From: Candidatus Electronema halotolerans
GTDB taxonomy: Bacteria > Desulfobacterota > Desulfobulbia > Desulfobulbales > Desulfobulbaceae
Assembly (NCBI GenBank): GCA_942493095.1
Contig: OW818675.1
Coordinates: 2,490,001 to 2,522,000 of the forward strand
DNA length: 32,000 bases
Direction: 5' to 3'
Every line of letters begins with the position of its first letter. The first letter of the stretch is position 1. The notes below the pieces were generated by a model. It was not told where the DNA came from, searched no databases, and was given only the letters and a program-made list of their open reading frames with translations. The translations under genes and the position numbers were made by a program. Shown here one piece after another: positions 1 to 9,229 of this stretch.

Positions 1-126
1 CGCTGGGCCGCTGCGGTTTTCCGCGAAAAATCGTCCTTCTGCCTGACCGCAGGGAAAGCCGCTCCGTGAACTGGGATGCCCTGTTCTGCTGACTGGCGGC
101 AAAAATGCTGCGCTGCATTTTTTTTG

Positions 127-155
127 TTGACAGTCGGCATCAGTTCTGGTAATTT
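127..155 (+). promoter_or_regulatory. sigma70-like promoter for the tRNA-Gly gene
   Basis: TTGACA (127-132), 17-nt spacer, TAATTT (150-155). The tRNA 5' end lies about 16 nt downstream. Confidence 0.45.
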
Positions 156-171
156 GGCTCCGTTTCCAAGA

Positions 172-246
<75 letters not shown>

Positions 247-258
247 CGTGACCATGCC

Positions 259-289
259 AAGGTTCGGACGCTGTTCGAACCTTTTTTTA
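259..289 (+). terminator. rho-independent terminator after the tRNA
   Basis: Stem aaggttcg / cgaacctt followed by a T run (ctttttttat). Confidence 0.5.
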
Positions 290-309
290 TTCACATTGAG
301 GCGCGCATA

Positions 310-738
310 ATGAAAACATACTACACGCCGGTGGACCAGATCGAGCGCAAATGGTTTGTCGTTGATGCTGACGGCAAAGTTCTGGGCCGCATTGCCACGG
401 AAATCGCTGACCGGCTGCGCGGCAAGCACAAGCCGACCTTCTGCAATTTTCAGGACAACGGCGATTTTGTGATTGTGATCAATGCCGAGCGGGTCCATCT
501 GACCGGCACCAAATGGGATGACAAAATATATTGGCGGCACAGCGGCTATCCGGGCGGCATCAAAAGCCGGACTGCCAAGGAAGTGCGGCAGAAGTCGCCG
601 GAAGATCTGATCACAATGGCGGTCAAAGGCATGCTGCCGCATAACAAGATCGGCGCGGCCCAGCTCAAAAAATTGAAAGTCTATGCCGGAACCGAGCACC
701 CCCATCAGGCCCAGCAGCCGCAACCTTTGGACATATAA
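310..738 (+). CDS. rplM: 50S ribosomal protein L13
   Basis: N-terminus [41 protein letters not shown] is canonical L13. GAGG lies upstream of the ATG at 310. The longer track ORF from 202 overlaps the tRNA. Confidence 0.95.
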   Translation: MKTYYTPVDQIERKWFVVDADGKVLGRIATEIADRLRGKHKPTFCNFQDNGDFVIVINAERVHLTGTKWDDKIYWRHSGYPGGIKSRTAKEVRQKSPEDLITMAVKGMLPHNKIGAAQLKKLKVYAGTEHPHQAQQPQPLDI

Positions 739-750
739 GGGAGATTAGTC

Positions 751-1143
751 ATGGCGCAGGAGCAGACATACGCCACCGGAAAACGGAAAAGCGCGGTTGC
801 CAGAGTCTGGATCAAACCGGGCAGCGGTCAGGTGGCGGTCAACAGCAAGGCCCCGGCAGAGTATTTTGGCAATATTTTCTTTGAGCCGAAAGTTGCCCAG
901 CCCTTTGCGGTCACAGAAACCCTTGAGCAGTATGATGTCAAAGCCACTGTGCGCGGCGGCGGCAAGTCCGCCCAGATTGACGCGCTGGCGCATGGCATTG
1001 CCAAGGCCCTTCAGCTCGTCAACCCGGAGCTGCGCGAGTCCTTGAAAAGAGCAGGCCTGCTGACCCGTGACTCCAGAGTCAAGGAGCGGAAAAAATACGG
1101 TCAGCGCGGCGCACGGGCACGCTTCCAGTTCTCCAAGCGTTAA
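751..1143 (+). CDS. rpsI: 30S ribosomal protein S9
   Basis: [13 protein letters not shown]...GGG.SGQ...ARGIA.AL...[23 protein letters not shown] is typical S9. RBS aagggag. Conserved rplM-rpsI order. Confidence 0.95.
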   Translation: MAQEQTYATGKRKSAVARVWIKPGSGQVAVNSKAPAEYFGNIFFEPKVAQPFAVTETLEQYDVKATVRGGGKSAQIDALAHGIAKALQLVNPELRESLKRAGLLTRDSRVKERKKYGQRGARARFQFSKR

Positions 1144-1180
1144 GAACGGAACACATTTTTTTACCCTGCTGTTTGCCAAG

Positions 1181-1213
1181 GGAGGAACAGGTTTGCCTGT
1201 TCCTCCTTTTTTT
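1181..1213 (+). terminator. rho-independent terminator of rplM-rpsI
   Basis: Perfect 11-bp stem ggaggaacagg / cctgttcctcc, loop tttg, then T7. Confidence 0.8.
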
Positions 1214-1294
1214 ATGCGCTCCGACCTGTCAGGAACGAGCAGTCTGCGTTATACTCAAGCCAATGCCACGAGCAACCACTCAAGAGGAACTGAC

Positions 1295-2185
1295 ATGGCC
1301 CAAAGAAAACAAGCCAGCCCGCTGAAAAATCTTGCTGTCACTATCCTGATCGTTCTTATTGCCGGAGCCTTTCTGATCCTCAAAGGCAGCACCCCGGAAT
1401 TTCTCCGGCAGTACATTCCGCCCCAGCTACATTCGATTTTCTATCCTGACCAAAGCAGTTCAGGCGGCGGAGTGCAAATCGACAATCTGCCCGCCACCCA
1501 AGGCAACAGCACCATCACTTCTTTTTCCACAGCCAAGACCCAGCTCAAAAAGCTCTATGTCGGTGCCGGACACTTCACCACCTTTTACTGCGGCAGCACA
1601 TTTGACCAAGATTTCAATCTTGACCACAGCAGGAGCGGCTTTCATTATCGCGTGAATGAGGCACGGGCCAACCGGGTCGAATGGGAGCACATTGTTCCGG
1701 CAGAAGCCTTTGGTCAGAGCTTTTCCGAGTGGCGGGACGGCCATCCTGACTGTATGGACAGTAAGGGGCAACCGTACAAAGGCCGCAGATGCGCTTCCAA
1801 GGTCAATGAGCAGTTCAATTTAATGGAGGCGGACATGTACAATCTTGTTCCGGCCATTGGCGAGGTCAACGGCGACCGCAGCAACTACAGCTATGCCATG
1901 CTGGAGGGCGAGGAGCGCGAATACGGGGCCTGCAACATGGAGATCAGAGACCAGAAAGCCGAGCCGCCGGATGACAAATACGGCGACATTGCCCGTGGGT
2001 ATATGTACATGGAGGCGGCCTATCATCGCGGGGTGATTTCGGACAAGAACGTCAAGCTCTTTGAGGCGTGGAACAGGATGGACCCGGTTGACAGATGGGA
2101 ATGCGAACGCGCCCGGCTGATTGAGAAAATCCAAGGCAACCGCAACATGATTGTGGCTAAAGCCTGCCAAGAGGCCGGACTGTGA
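1295..2185 (+). CDS. extracellular/periplasmic endonuclease I family nuclease with an N-terminal membrane anchor
   Basis: Motifs FYCG, RVEWEHIVPA and NLVPAIGEVNGDRSNYSY match the Endonuclease_1 (EndA/Vvn) family. TM-like LAVTILIVLIAGAFLIL after the ATG at 1295, with RBS aagagga. Upstream ORF extension overlaps rpsI. Confidence 0.8.
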   Translation: MAQRKQASPLKNLAVTILIVLIAGAFLILKGSTPEFLRQYIPPQLHSIFYPDQSSSGGGVQIDNLPATQGNSTITSFSTAKTQLKKLYVGAGHFTTFYCGSTFDQDFNLDHSRSGFHYRVNEARANRVEWEHIVPAEAFGQSFSEWRDGHPDCMDSKGQPYKGRRCASKVNEQFNLMEADMYNLVPAIGEVNGDRSNYSYAMLEGEEREYGACNMEIRDQKAEPPDDKYGDIARGYMYMEAAYHRGVISDKNVKLFEAWNRMDPVDRWECERARLIEKIQGNRNMIVAKACQEAGL

Positions 2186-2417
2186 GGCCTTGAACGGTCA
2201 ACGCTGAACTTCCGCCAAACAGACAGTTGCCTGATGCCGTGATCCTTCCTCCAAAGGCGCGGCAGTGTCATTTCTGTTGACATTCTGCTGCCGCCGCAAT
2301 ATCTTGGCCTGATCAATATGTTCTCTTCCGTCCGTCAGCAGAGGCATCCATGAGCCGCTTTCTCATCAAGCCCTTTTGGGCAGCTCCTTTCTTGCAGTAT
2401 CATCCAAGGCTTGACAC

Positions 2418-3608
2418 ATGATCAAGCAGCCAGTTCAGCGCGGAACAGCAGTGAAGTTTCTGCTGCCAATCTTCTTTTTTTATGCGGCAATTTTCGCGAT
2501 TGGCACTGCTCAGGCCGCTGCAAGTATGGTGCGGAAATTGTGTTATCTTCAGGCCGGTCAAGCGCAGGGGCCGCAGCTACTTGTTTCCTCAGATGCTTCC
2601 TCACAAGCCGCCGCCATTGAGAAAAACGGGATGCTGCAAAGCCGCCGCATCATCTTCGGCGACAAACAATCCAAGGCTCTGTTTCATAAATCATTTCTCA
2701 GGCATGGTGATTGCCTTCTTGTCAATCCTGATGAGACAATGAGCCTTGATGTTTACGAGGAACTGCCAAGCGGGTTGCGCCGTAAGGTTGCAGCATCAAG
2801 TTTTTTGCCTGCTGTCTATTACGCGCATCAAGACAAGTCCAAGCACTACGGGCTGCTTGAGCAGAGCCAGTTGCCGCAATTGACTGCTGTCAGCAATCAT
2901 CATGAAAGCAGTACAGATGCAATTGTCAACTATGCCCAAAATCTGCCAAACGACTTGTTCTTGATATACATCACCTGTCCTGCTGACCGCAACAGTTTGT
3001 GTGATCTCAGAATCAGGAACAAGGGCGCATGGCTGAAGGAGGCAAAAACTGGCAAGACGCTGACTCTTAAAGTGCTGGCCCGCTCGCAACGGGAAAACAA
3101 TACTTCTGGAAAAAGCCAGCGGACGCATGTCAACAGCGACACGCCGCAGGGCCTTTACTATATCTGGGGTGCTGTCACCGGCGGCGGCACCAGCGCATGG
3201 CACCACCTTGCCCGCCTTGATCTTGACGCAGCTCTGCCGCCAATCAACAGTCAGCCGTACAATATTCATTCCTATCTGCTCTCCAAAATTGTTCCTGATG
3301 CAGCCTTGGATGATTACTGGCTCAATGAATGGCCTTTGGCCTACAGTCTTGGCCGTGTTTTCCTCCGCATCGCTCCGGGAGATTTTGAAGGGCAGGAGAA
3401 CAAAACAGCGGCATTCAGCGGCTACAATACAACTGAAGGCTGCATCAACACTGGCAGAAATCATAAAATGCTCTTGAAGATCATGGTTGATGCCGGAATT
3501 TTCAGCCAAGATGAAGTGTTCAGCAGGGTGGAGCAATCCGCATCCAAGCAATGGCATGTTGCCAGCAAGCTCGGCAAGGCACTTGTGCTGATAAAAGATC
3601 AAGACTGA
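2418..3608 (+). CDS. hypothetical secreted protein (signal peptide, no confident family)
   Basis: N-terminal FLLPIFFFYAAIFAIGTAQAAAS signal-like segment. The long ORF is in the same strand run as its neighbours. C-terminal TEGCINTG only loosely recalls the YkuD/L,D-transpeptidase Cys box. Confidence 0.6.
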   Translation: MIKQPVQRGTAVKFLLPIFFFYAAIFAIGTAQAAASMVRKLCYLQAGQAQGPQLLVSSDASSQAAAIEKNGMLQSRRIIFGDKQSKALFHKSFLRHGDCLLVNPDETMSLDVYEELPSGLRRKVAASSFLPAVYYAHQDKSKHYGLLEQSQLPQLTAVSNHHESSTDAIVNYAQNLPNDLFLIYITCPADRNSLCDLRIRNKGAWLKEAKTGKTLTLKVLARSQRENNTSGKSQRTHVNSDTPQGLYYIWGAVTGGGTSAWHHLARLDLDAALPPINSQPYNIHSYLLSKIVPDAALDDYWLNEWPLAYSLGRVFLRIAPGDFEGQENKTAAFSGYNTTEGCINTGRNHKMLLKIMVDAGIFSQDEVFSRVEQSASKQWHVASKLGKALVLIKDQD

Positions 3609-3650
3609 GGCGAGTGCGCCGCTGCTGCTTCAAAATATGAACAGAGAATC

Positions 3651-4817
3651 GTGACAACAATAGGCATCGAACAGCTTCTTGCCGAGCCGCCGTCTTTTCT
3701 TGCCGGGCAGCGGCTGGCTTTGCTTTGCAATCAGGCATCCACAGACCGGCATTTCCGCCACAGCCGCGACCTGCTCATGCAGGCCTTTCCCGGCCAGCTT
3801 GTCTGCCTTTTTTCGCCGCAGCACGGTTTTTTCAGCGAAAAGCAGGACAATATGATCGAGTCCAGCCACAGCACTGATGCTGACAGCGGCCTGCCGGTCT
3901 TCTCCCTCTATGGCGAGACCCGGCAGCCGACCGCCGCCATGTTTGATGGTTTTGACATCCTCCTGATTGACCTGCAAGATGTGGGCACACGGGTGTACAC
4001 TTTTATCTGGACCGTGGTCTATTGTCTCCAGCAGGCGGCGGCGAGCGGCAAAAAGGTGCTGCTCCTTGACCGGCCCAATCCGGTTGGCGGCCAGATTGTT
4101 GAGGGCAATCTGCTCAGGCCGGAGCTGCGCTCCTTTGTCGGCCTGCATGAAATCCCCATGCGCCACGGTCTGACTATGGGCGAGCTGGCCCTGCTCTGCA
4201 ATCAGGAAATGAGCATTGAGGCTGATTTGGAGGTGCTCAGGATGCAGGGCTGGCAGCGGGAGATGTTTTTTGCTGAGACTGGCTTTCCTTGGGTTTTTCC
4301 CTCGCCAAATATGCCGACCCCGCTGACTGCCTTGGTCTATCCAGGGCAGGTGCTCTGGGAGGGCACTAATATTTCTGAAGGACGCGGGACAACCCTGCCG
4401 TTTGAGCTGGTCGGCGCGCCTTTCATCAGACCGCAGGAGGTGCTGCGGCTTGTGGGCAAAACTGAGCTGCCCGGCTGCCTGCTCCGCCCGCTGCTTTTTG
4501 AGCCGACTTCCGGCAAATGGGCTGGCCAGCCCTGCGCAGGCTTTCAGGTTCATGTGACGGAGCCGCAGCGTTTCCGAGCATACCGGCTCAGTCTGTTCCT
4601 GCTCAAAGCCTTGTTGCAGCTCCATCCGCAGGAGTTTGCCTGGAAGCAGCCGCCTTATGAGTATGAATACGAAAAGCTGCCCATTGATCTGATCTTAGGT
4701 GATCAGAAGCTGCGCAAGGCCTTGGAAAGCGGAGCAGATATCATGGAGCTGGAGCAGACTTGGCAGGAGGAGCTGGCTGCCTTTGAGGAACGGCGGCAGG
4801 CTGTGTTGCTGTATTGA
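3651..4817 (+). CDS. DUF1343 / NamZ-like exo-beta-N-acetylmuramidase family protein
   Basis: GQRLALLCNQASTD...LFSPQHGF...DSGLPVFSLYGETR.P...FDILLIDLQDVGTRVYTFI.T...LDRPNP is the characteristic DUF1343 N-terminal half. GTG start. No signal peptide. Confidence 0.8.
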   Translation: MTTIGIEQLLAEPPSFLAGQRLALLCNQASTDRHFRHSRDLLMQAFPGQLVCLFSPQHGFFSEKQDNMIESSHSTDADSGLPVFSLYGETRQPTAAMFDGFDILLIDLQDVGTRVYTFIWTVVYCLQQAAASGKKVLLLDRPNPVGGQIVEGNLLRPELRSFVGLHEIPMRHGLTMGELALLCNQEMSIEADLEVLRMQGWQREMFFAETGFPWVFPSPNMPTPLTALVYPGQVLWEGTNISEGRGTTLPFELVGAPFIRPQEVLRLVGKTELPGCLLRPLLFEPTSGKWAGQPCAGFQVHVTEPQRFRAYRLSLFLLKALLQLHPQEFAWKQPPYEYEYEKLPIDLILGDQKLRKALESGADIMELEQTWQEELAAFEERRQAVLLY

Positions 4818-4877
4818 AAGATTGTGCTCAGAGAAGCCAGCCAGCGGTGCTGTAGCACTCTCAGATTATTCTATGAA

Positions 4878-5951
4878 ATGGACACTCCCTCCCCGTATTT
4901 GGGCCTGATTGAAGGCTTTTTCGGACGTTCTTGGTCATTTGCGGCCCGGTATGATTATGCCGAATTTTTGCAAAAAAACGGCTGTCATTTTTATATCTAC
5001 GCGCCAAAAAGTGATCCCTGTTTGCGCAAAAGATGGCAGGAGGACTGGCCTGCTGCAACAGCAGCGCAGCTTCAGAACTTGGTCAGCCGGTATCAGAGCT
5101 TGGGGCTGGACTTTGGCATCGGCTTGAGTCCTTTTGAAATTTACAAAAGTTATGACAGCTCCGCCCGGCAAAGTCTGAAACAGAAAATAACTCGTTTGAA
5201 TCAGTTAGGGATTGACATTCTCTGTCTGCTCTTTGATGACATGCGCGGCGATTTGCCTGCTTTGGCGCAAAGACAAATTCAAATCACCTGCGATGTTCTG
5301 CATTGGACGGCAGCCAAAAAAGTGATACTATGTCCCACGTATTATTCTTTCGACCCAGTGCTTGAAAAGGTTTTCGGACCGAGGCCGGAAGGATATTTTC
5401 AGGAACTGGCCCAAGGGCTTCCGCCGGAAGTTGCTGTTTTCTGGACAGGCCCCAAGGTTTGTTCGCAGGAATATCCTGAAGCTCATTTGCAGGAGGTCAT
5501 TGCGCTGCTGGGCCGCAAACCGTTTCTTTGGGATAATTATCCGGTCAATGACGGGGCAAGAAATGCCAAATTTCTCCATCTCAAGGCCTTTGCAAACCGA
5601 CCGAGTTCTTTAGCCGGACTGACCGCAGGCCATGCCGCGAATCCCATGAATCAGCCGTGGCTCTCCCGCATTCCTTTATATTCACTTCCCCGAAGTTATG
5701 CGGAAAAGCTGCGCTATGATCCTGAAAAAACGTTCCAAGAGGCGCTGGCGCAACTGTGCGGCAACGAGTTGGCGCAACATATAGCAAGAGATATTGAAAT
5801 TCTGCAAGAGCAGGGACTGGATCATATCGACCCTGTGACAAAAGAAGAGCTTGTTCAGCAATACAGCTGCTTTGACAGCCCATACACACAAGAAATCATT
5901 GCTTGGCTCAGGGGTGAATATGCTTTTGATCCAGAGTGCCTGACTGATTAG
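4878..5951 (+). CDS. GH84-like beta-N-acetylglucosaminidase (O-GlcNAcase-like), predicted cytoplasmic
   Basis: GLIEGFFGRSWS...YIYAPKSDP..RKRW, catalytic-type LLFDDMRGD pair, FWTGPKV, LWDNYPVNDG. The ATG at 4878 is preferred over the GTG at 4824. Confidence 0.75.
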   Translation: MDTPSPYLGLIEGFFGRSWSFAARYDYAEFLQKNGCHFYIYAPKSDPCLRKRWQEDWPAATAAQLQNLVSRYQSLGLDFGIGLSPFEIYKSYDSSARQSLKQKITRLNQLGIDILCLLFDDMRGDLPALAQRQIQITCDVLHWTAAKKVILCPTYYSFDPVLEKVFGPRPEGYFQELAQGLPPEVAVFWTGPKVCSQEYPEAHLQEVIALLGRKPFLWDNYPVNDGARNAKFLHLKAFANRPSSLAGLTAGHAANPMNQPWLSRIPLYSLPRSYAEKLRYDPEKTFQEALAQLCGNELAQHIARDIEILQEQGLDHIDPVTKEELVQQYSCFDSPYTQEIIAWLRGEYAFDPECLTD

Positions 5952-5995
5952 TGCGCACAAAAAAATATTTGTTCCATCAAAGAGGAGGGAAACAA

Positions 5996-6736
5996 ATGCC
6001 TTGGAAGAACACCGCCCTGTGGACAGGACTGCTTGCCGTTCTGCTTGTTGCCGCGCCCTGCTGGGCTGCGGAGCAGGAAATTGTCTGGTCGCAGACAGAC
6101 GGCCTGCGCTATGAAATCTATCACAGCGCGACTGCGGCAGGAGAATGGGAGCAGCCGGAAAAGCTGACTGACAACAATGCCAACAATTTGCATCCGGCTT
6201 TTGTCATTGCGCCCAATGGCAGCAGATGGATATTCTGGTCCGCAGTGCGGCCTGACGGCATCAGCATTCAATATCTTGTCGGCAGGGACGGGAACTGGTC
6301 AGAACCGATGACTATGGAGATGGAGGGCCTCACCTCAGCCATCGCCCCCTCGGTGCTGCTTGATCAGCAGGGGACAATCTGGATGGTCTGGGCTGGCAAT
6401 GACGGCAGCAGCCAGGATGAAATTTACTGGAGCCGTCATAAAGGCTCGGCGTGGCAGAAACCGCAGATGCTCAATGCCGCCAATCAAGTTCCTGACATCA
6501 GGCCGGAGATCAGCCGCAATGAGCAGGGTCAGCTGGAAGTCCGCTGGCAGGGCTTCAGGGATGACAAATACAAAGACCTTGCTTCAGTCTGGGACGGCAC
6601 AGCCTGGTCTGCGGAGCAGGAGTTCAAAAAAGAGGAGGAGCCGGAGAAGGAGGCACCGGTTCTGCCTGAATTTGTTCCGCAAGGCAGCCAGTATGTGCTG
6701 CTTGATGCGCCCGCTGGTCAGGAGGGTGGAAAATGA
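5996..6736 (+). CDS. secreted repeat protein (four W-rich beta-propeller-like units of about 45 aa)
   Basis: Strong RBS agaggaggg before the ATG at 5996. Signal peptide [15 protein letters not shown]. Repeated pattern xxWxxxxxDG..I......G.W..P. The stop overlaps the next start (ATGA). Confidence 0.7.
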   Translation: MPWKNTALWTGLLAVLLVAAPCWAAEQEIVWSQTDGLRYEIYHSATAAGEWEQPEKLTDNNANNLHPAFVIAPNGSRWIFWSAVRPDGISIQYLVGRDGNWSEPMTMEMEGLTSAIAPSVLLDQQGTIWMVWAGNDGSSQDEIYWSRHKGSAWQKPQMLNAANQVPDIRPEISRNEQGQLEVRWQGFRDDKYKDLASVWDGTAWSAEQEFKKEEEPEKEAPVLPEFVPQGSQYVLLDAPAGQEGGK

Positions 6737-7707
6737 GAGGTTTTGCATGGCGCAGCATCTGGGCAGTGCTGCTCTGGCTTGTCATCAGCGCGGGCGCAAG
6801 TCAGGCCGCCGACACAGTGGTCTGTTTTGGCGATTCCATCACCGCAGGCTATAAAAGCGGCTCTGCCTCCGCCTATCCAACGTACTTGCAGCCCATGCTG
6901 GATGCGAACACCTTTGTTGTGGTCAATGCGGGCAAAGGCGGCGAGGACACCTACAGCGGCGTGTCCCGCTTTGCCAGCGTGCTGGCCACCTATCAGCCCA
7001 AGTATGTGATCATCATGGAAGGAGCCAATGATGTGGTGGAGCGGATTTCCTCCTCAGCCACCAGCTTCAACGTGGCCAGCATGGCCAAGCAGGCCAAAGA
7101 TGCCGGGGCCACGCCGATCATGTCCACCATCACCCCTAATATAGACGACAGCTTCACGCCGGAAAACTACAATCCAGAGATCATACAGGCCGCCGCAGAC
7201 AATGGTGTCACCTTGGTTGACACCTACAGCCGGGTGGCTGCGGACTGGCCAAGCCTCAATTTTGACGGCATGCATCCGAACAGCGATGGCGCGTACATCA
7301 TTGCCGAGGGTTTTGCCCAGCAGCTGGTGGATACGAGAAACAGTCAGGAAGGCGGCGGGGGAGGAGGCAGCAGCGGCTGCTTCATTGCCACTGCCGCCTT
7401 TGGCACGGCGTTGGAGCATCATGTCATTCTGCTGAAACGCTTTCGTGATCTCTATTTGCTGACTAATGCGCCTGGCAAGGCCTTTGTCAAATTCTACTAC
7501 ACCTATTCGCCGTCAATTGCCGCTTTCATTGCCCGGCATGATGCAGCCCGGCTGGCGGTCAGGACAGCCCTGCTGCCGTTTTTGGGCGCGGCCTGGGTGC
7601 TTGTGCAAGCCACGCCAGCGCAGCAGGCGGCAGTGCTGATCATGGCCTATTGTCTGCTGCTGGCAGCAGTGTGGCTGCGGCGGCGGAAAAAGTGCCTGGC
7701 CCAGTGA
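6733..7707 (+). CDS. secreted SGNH/GDSL hydrolase fused to a Gly-rich linker and a [10 protein letters not shown]-terminal membrane module
   Basis: Block [12 protein letters not shown], block [10 protein letters not shown], block V DGMHPN. Signal peptide ...SAGASQAAD. Linker GGGGGGSSG, then [26 protein letters not shown] plus hydrophobic helices and an RRRKK tail. Confidence 0.8.
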   Translation: MRGFAWRSIWAVLLWLVISAGASQAADTVVCFGDSITAGYKSGSASAYPTYLQPMLDANTFVVVNAGKGGEDTYSGVSRFASVLATYQPKYVIIMEGANDVVERISSSATSFNVASMAKQAKDAGATPIMSTITPNIDDSFTPENYNPEIIQAAADNGVTLVDTYSRVAADWPSLNFDGMHPNSDGAYIIAEGFAQQLVDTRNSQEGGGGGGSSGCFIATAAFGTALEHHVILLKRFRDLYLLTNAPGKAFVKFYYTYSPSIAAFIARHDAARLAVRTALLPFLGAAWVLVQATPAQQAAVLIMAYCLLLAAVWLRRRKKCLAQ

Positions 7708-7729
7708 AGCGTGTAACTGACTTTGATTC

Positions 7730-7755
7730 GGCAGCACCAAAGGAGAGGTGCTGCC
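7730..7755 (+). terminator. hairpin downstream of the SGNH gene (possible terminator, weak T tract)
   Basis: Stem ggcagcacc / ggtgctgcc with an 8-nt loop, followed by atcattt. Confidence 0.3.
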
Positions 7756-7792
7756 ATCATTTCACCGTGCCGGAAAAATTGGGATCTCCGAG

Positions 7793-9055
7793 CTTACCAT
7801 CCATCACTTTTCTTGACAGAGCTTGAACGCCGGAGTAAAAAGATTGAAAAAACAATTCGTTTATTCAAACTCTGTGAAATATGAGCACGATCAGTCATCT
7901 GGCAGAGGAAATCTCGTCCGGCCTGCGGGACGTTTTGCCCGGAATTAACAGGAATCCTCTGCGCAAGTTAAGCTTGTGCGCGGCGGCGGTTTTGGAAGTT
8001 CAGAGTTGCAATACTATGGACATGGCGGCTGTCCTTCCGCTGGAAACAGAACGGATTGACATGCGATATCAGTGGTTAAGCCGTTTCCTGAGCACAGACT
8101 CAATCGACAATGATGATGCGATGCGGCCTTTCATCCGTCAGGCATTGGAGACGGCCTCCGCTTCGGGAGAAACGCTGATTCTGTGCATTGACCAGACGCA
8201 GCTATCCGACCGTTTCGGCATTCTTTCGCTGTCATTGCGCTTCGGCGGTCGGGCCCTGCCTCTGCTATGGCGGGTCCGAAAAGGACAGGGCAATATCGGC
8301 TCGGATATCTGCATGGAACTTCTTGAAAAAATAAAATCATTCCTTCCAGAGGGCAGCAGAGTGCTGCTGCTCGGCGACCGTTTTTACGGTCAAGCACCGC
8401 TGATTGCATTCTGCCACCGCAGCGGCTGGGATTATCGGCTCCGCCTCAAGGAAAATCTTAAAGTTTTCAATGAGGCCGGCGATGAGACATCTCTTGCGGA
8501 CCTTGTTCCTGCTGAAAAGAAAGGTCGCAAGGAACTGCTTATGAAAAATATTTATCTGACAGAACAGCGGGTTCAGACAAATTTAAGCATTCTCCAGGAG
8601 CCGGGACATGATGAGCCTTGGCTGCTGGCAGTCGGAGGAACTGAGCCAAATTATTATAAAACACTTGATTACGGCATGCGCTGGGGATGCGAGGCCATGT
8701 TCAGCGATTTCAAAACCAGGGGGTTCGGTCTGGAGGACACAAAACTGGAGCGCGCCGACAGAATCGCCAGACTGATGCTGATCCTCTCGGTCGCCATGCA
8801 CTGGTGCGTACTCGCCGGACTCCGCGACAGGATGCGGAACCCGCTTCCAAGAGAAAAAAACTGAAAATTTCGGATTTGACGACGTTGCCGACAAGGATGC
8901 GGAACAGCATGAGCTGCCGCCAGTCGTCAGAAAAACTTGGAGAAGTGTCTGTTCTTATTTCAAAAGAGGACTCAGGCTGCTCAGAAGATACGCTCAGATG
9001 CTCCGTCCCCTGCCTCCCTTGTTTTTTACATTGCGAAAAAGTGATGGATGGTAAG
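7793..9055 (+). mobile_element. IS4/IS701-like insertion sequence (1263 bp)
   Basis: 19-bp perfect terminal inverted repeats: cttaccatccatcactttt (7793-7811) and aaaagtgatggatggtaag (9037-9055). 10-bp direct target duplication gatctccgag at 7783-7792 and 9056-9065. Confidence 0.85.
7881..9054 (+). pseudogene. DDE transposase (IS4/IS701-like), frameshifted in an A7 run
   Basis: The ORF 7881-8864 ends just after A7 (8854-8860). The next frame continues ...TENFGFDD...SYFKRGLRLLRRYAQML... to a TAA at 9052-9054 inside the right IR. Removing one A restores a roughly 391-aa protein. Contains a Y..RW.CE.MFSDFK motif. Confidence 0.75.
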
Positions 9056-9190
9056 GATCTCCGAGTTTTTCTGTGGTTGACAAAATCGGGTGGTGCCCCT
9101 GTTGAGTGTTGCTGTCTCGAAAATTATGTGATACCGATTGGTTAGCATTACTGAGACAATGTGGATTCAACTCGCAAGTGCAACTTTTTT
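9056..9190 (+). repeat. L-module repeat, copy 1 (its 5' end is split by the IS at 7793-9055)
   Basis: gg(a/c)tctccgagtttttctgtggttgacaaaatcgggtggtgcccctgttgagtgttgctgtctcgaaaattatgtgataccgattggttagcattactgagaca... is nearly identical to 15259-15414 and to the reverse complement of 11917-12034. Confidence 0.8.
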
Positions 9191-9229
9191 GGCTCTCCGA
9201 GTTTTTCTGTGGTTGACAAAATCGGGTCG

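Noticed and set aside
745-1294. An antisense 144-aa ORF over rpsI, and the 5' extension (1067-1294) of the endonuclease I ORF
   Set aside because: They overlap a certain ribosomal protein gene and a strong terminator. The endonuclease has a proper RBS and ATG at 1295.
2796-4625. Minus-strand ORFs 2796-3602 (268 aa) and 3630-4625 (331 aa)
   Set aside because: They are antisense to better-supported + strand genes, have no recognisable motifs, and show composition typical of reverse-frame artefacts in GC-rich DNA.
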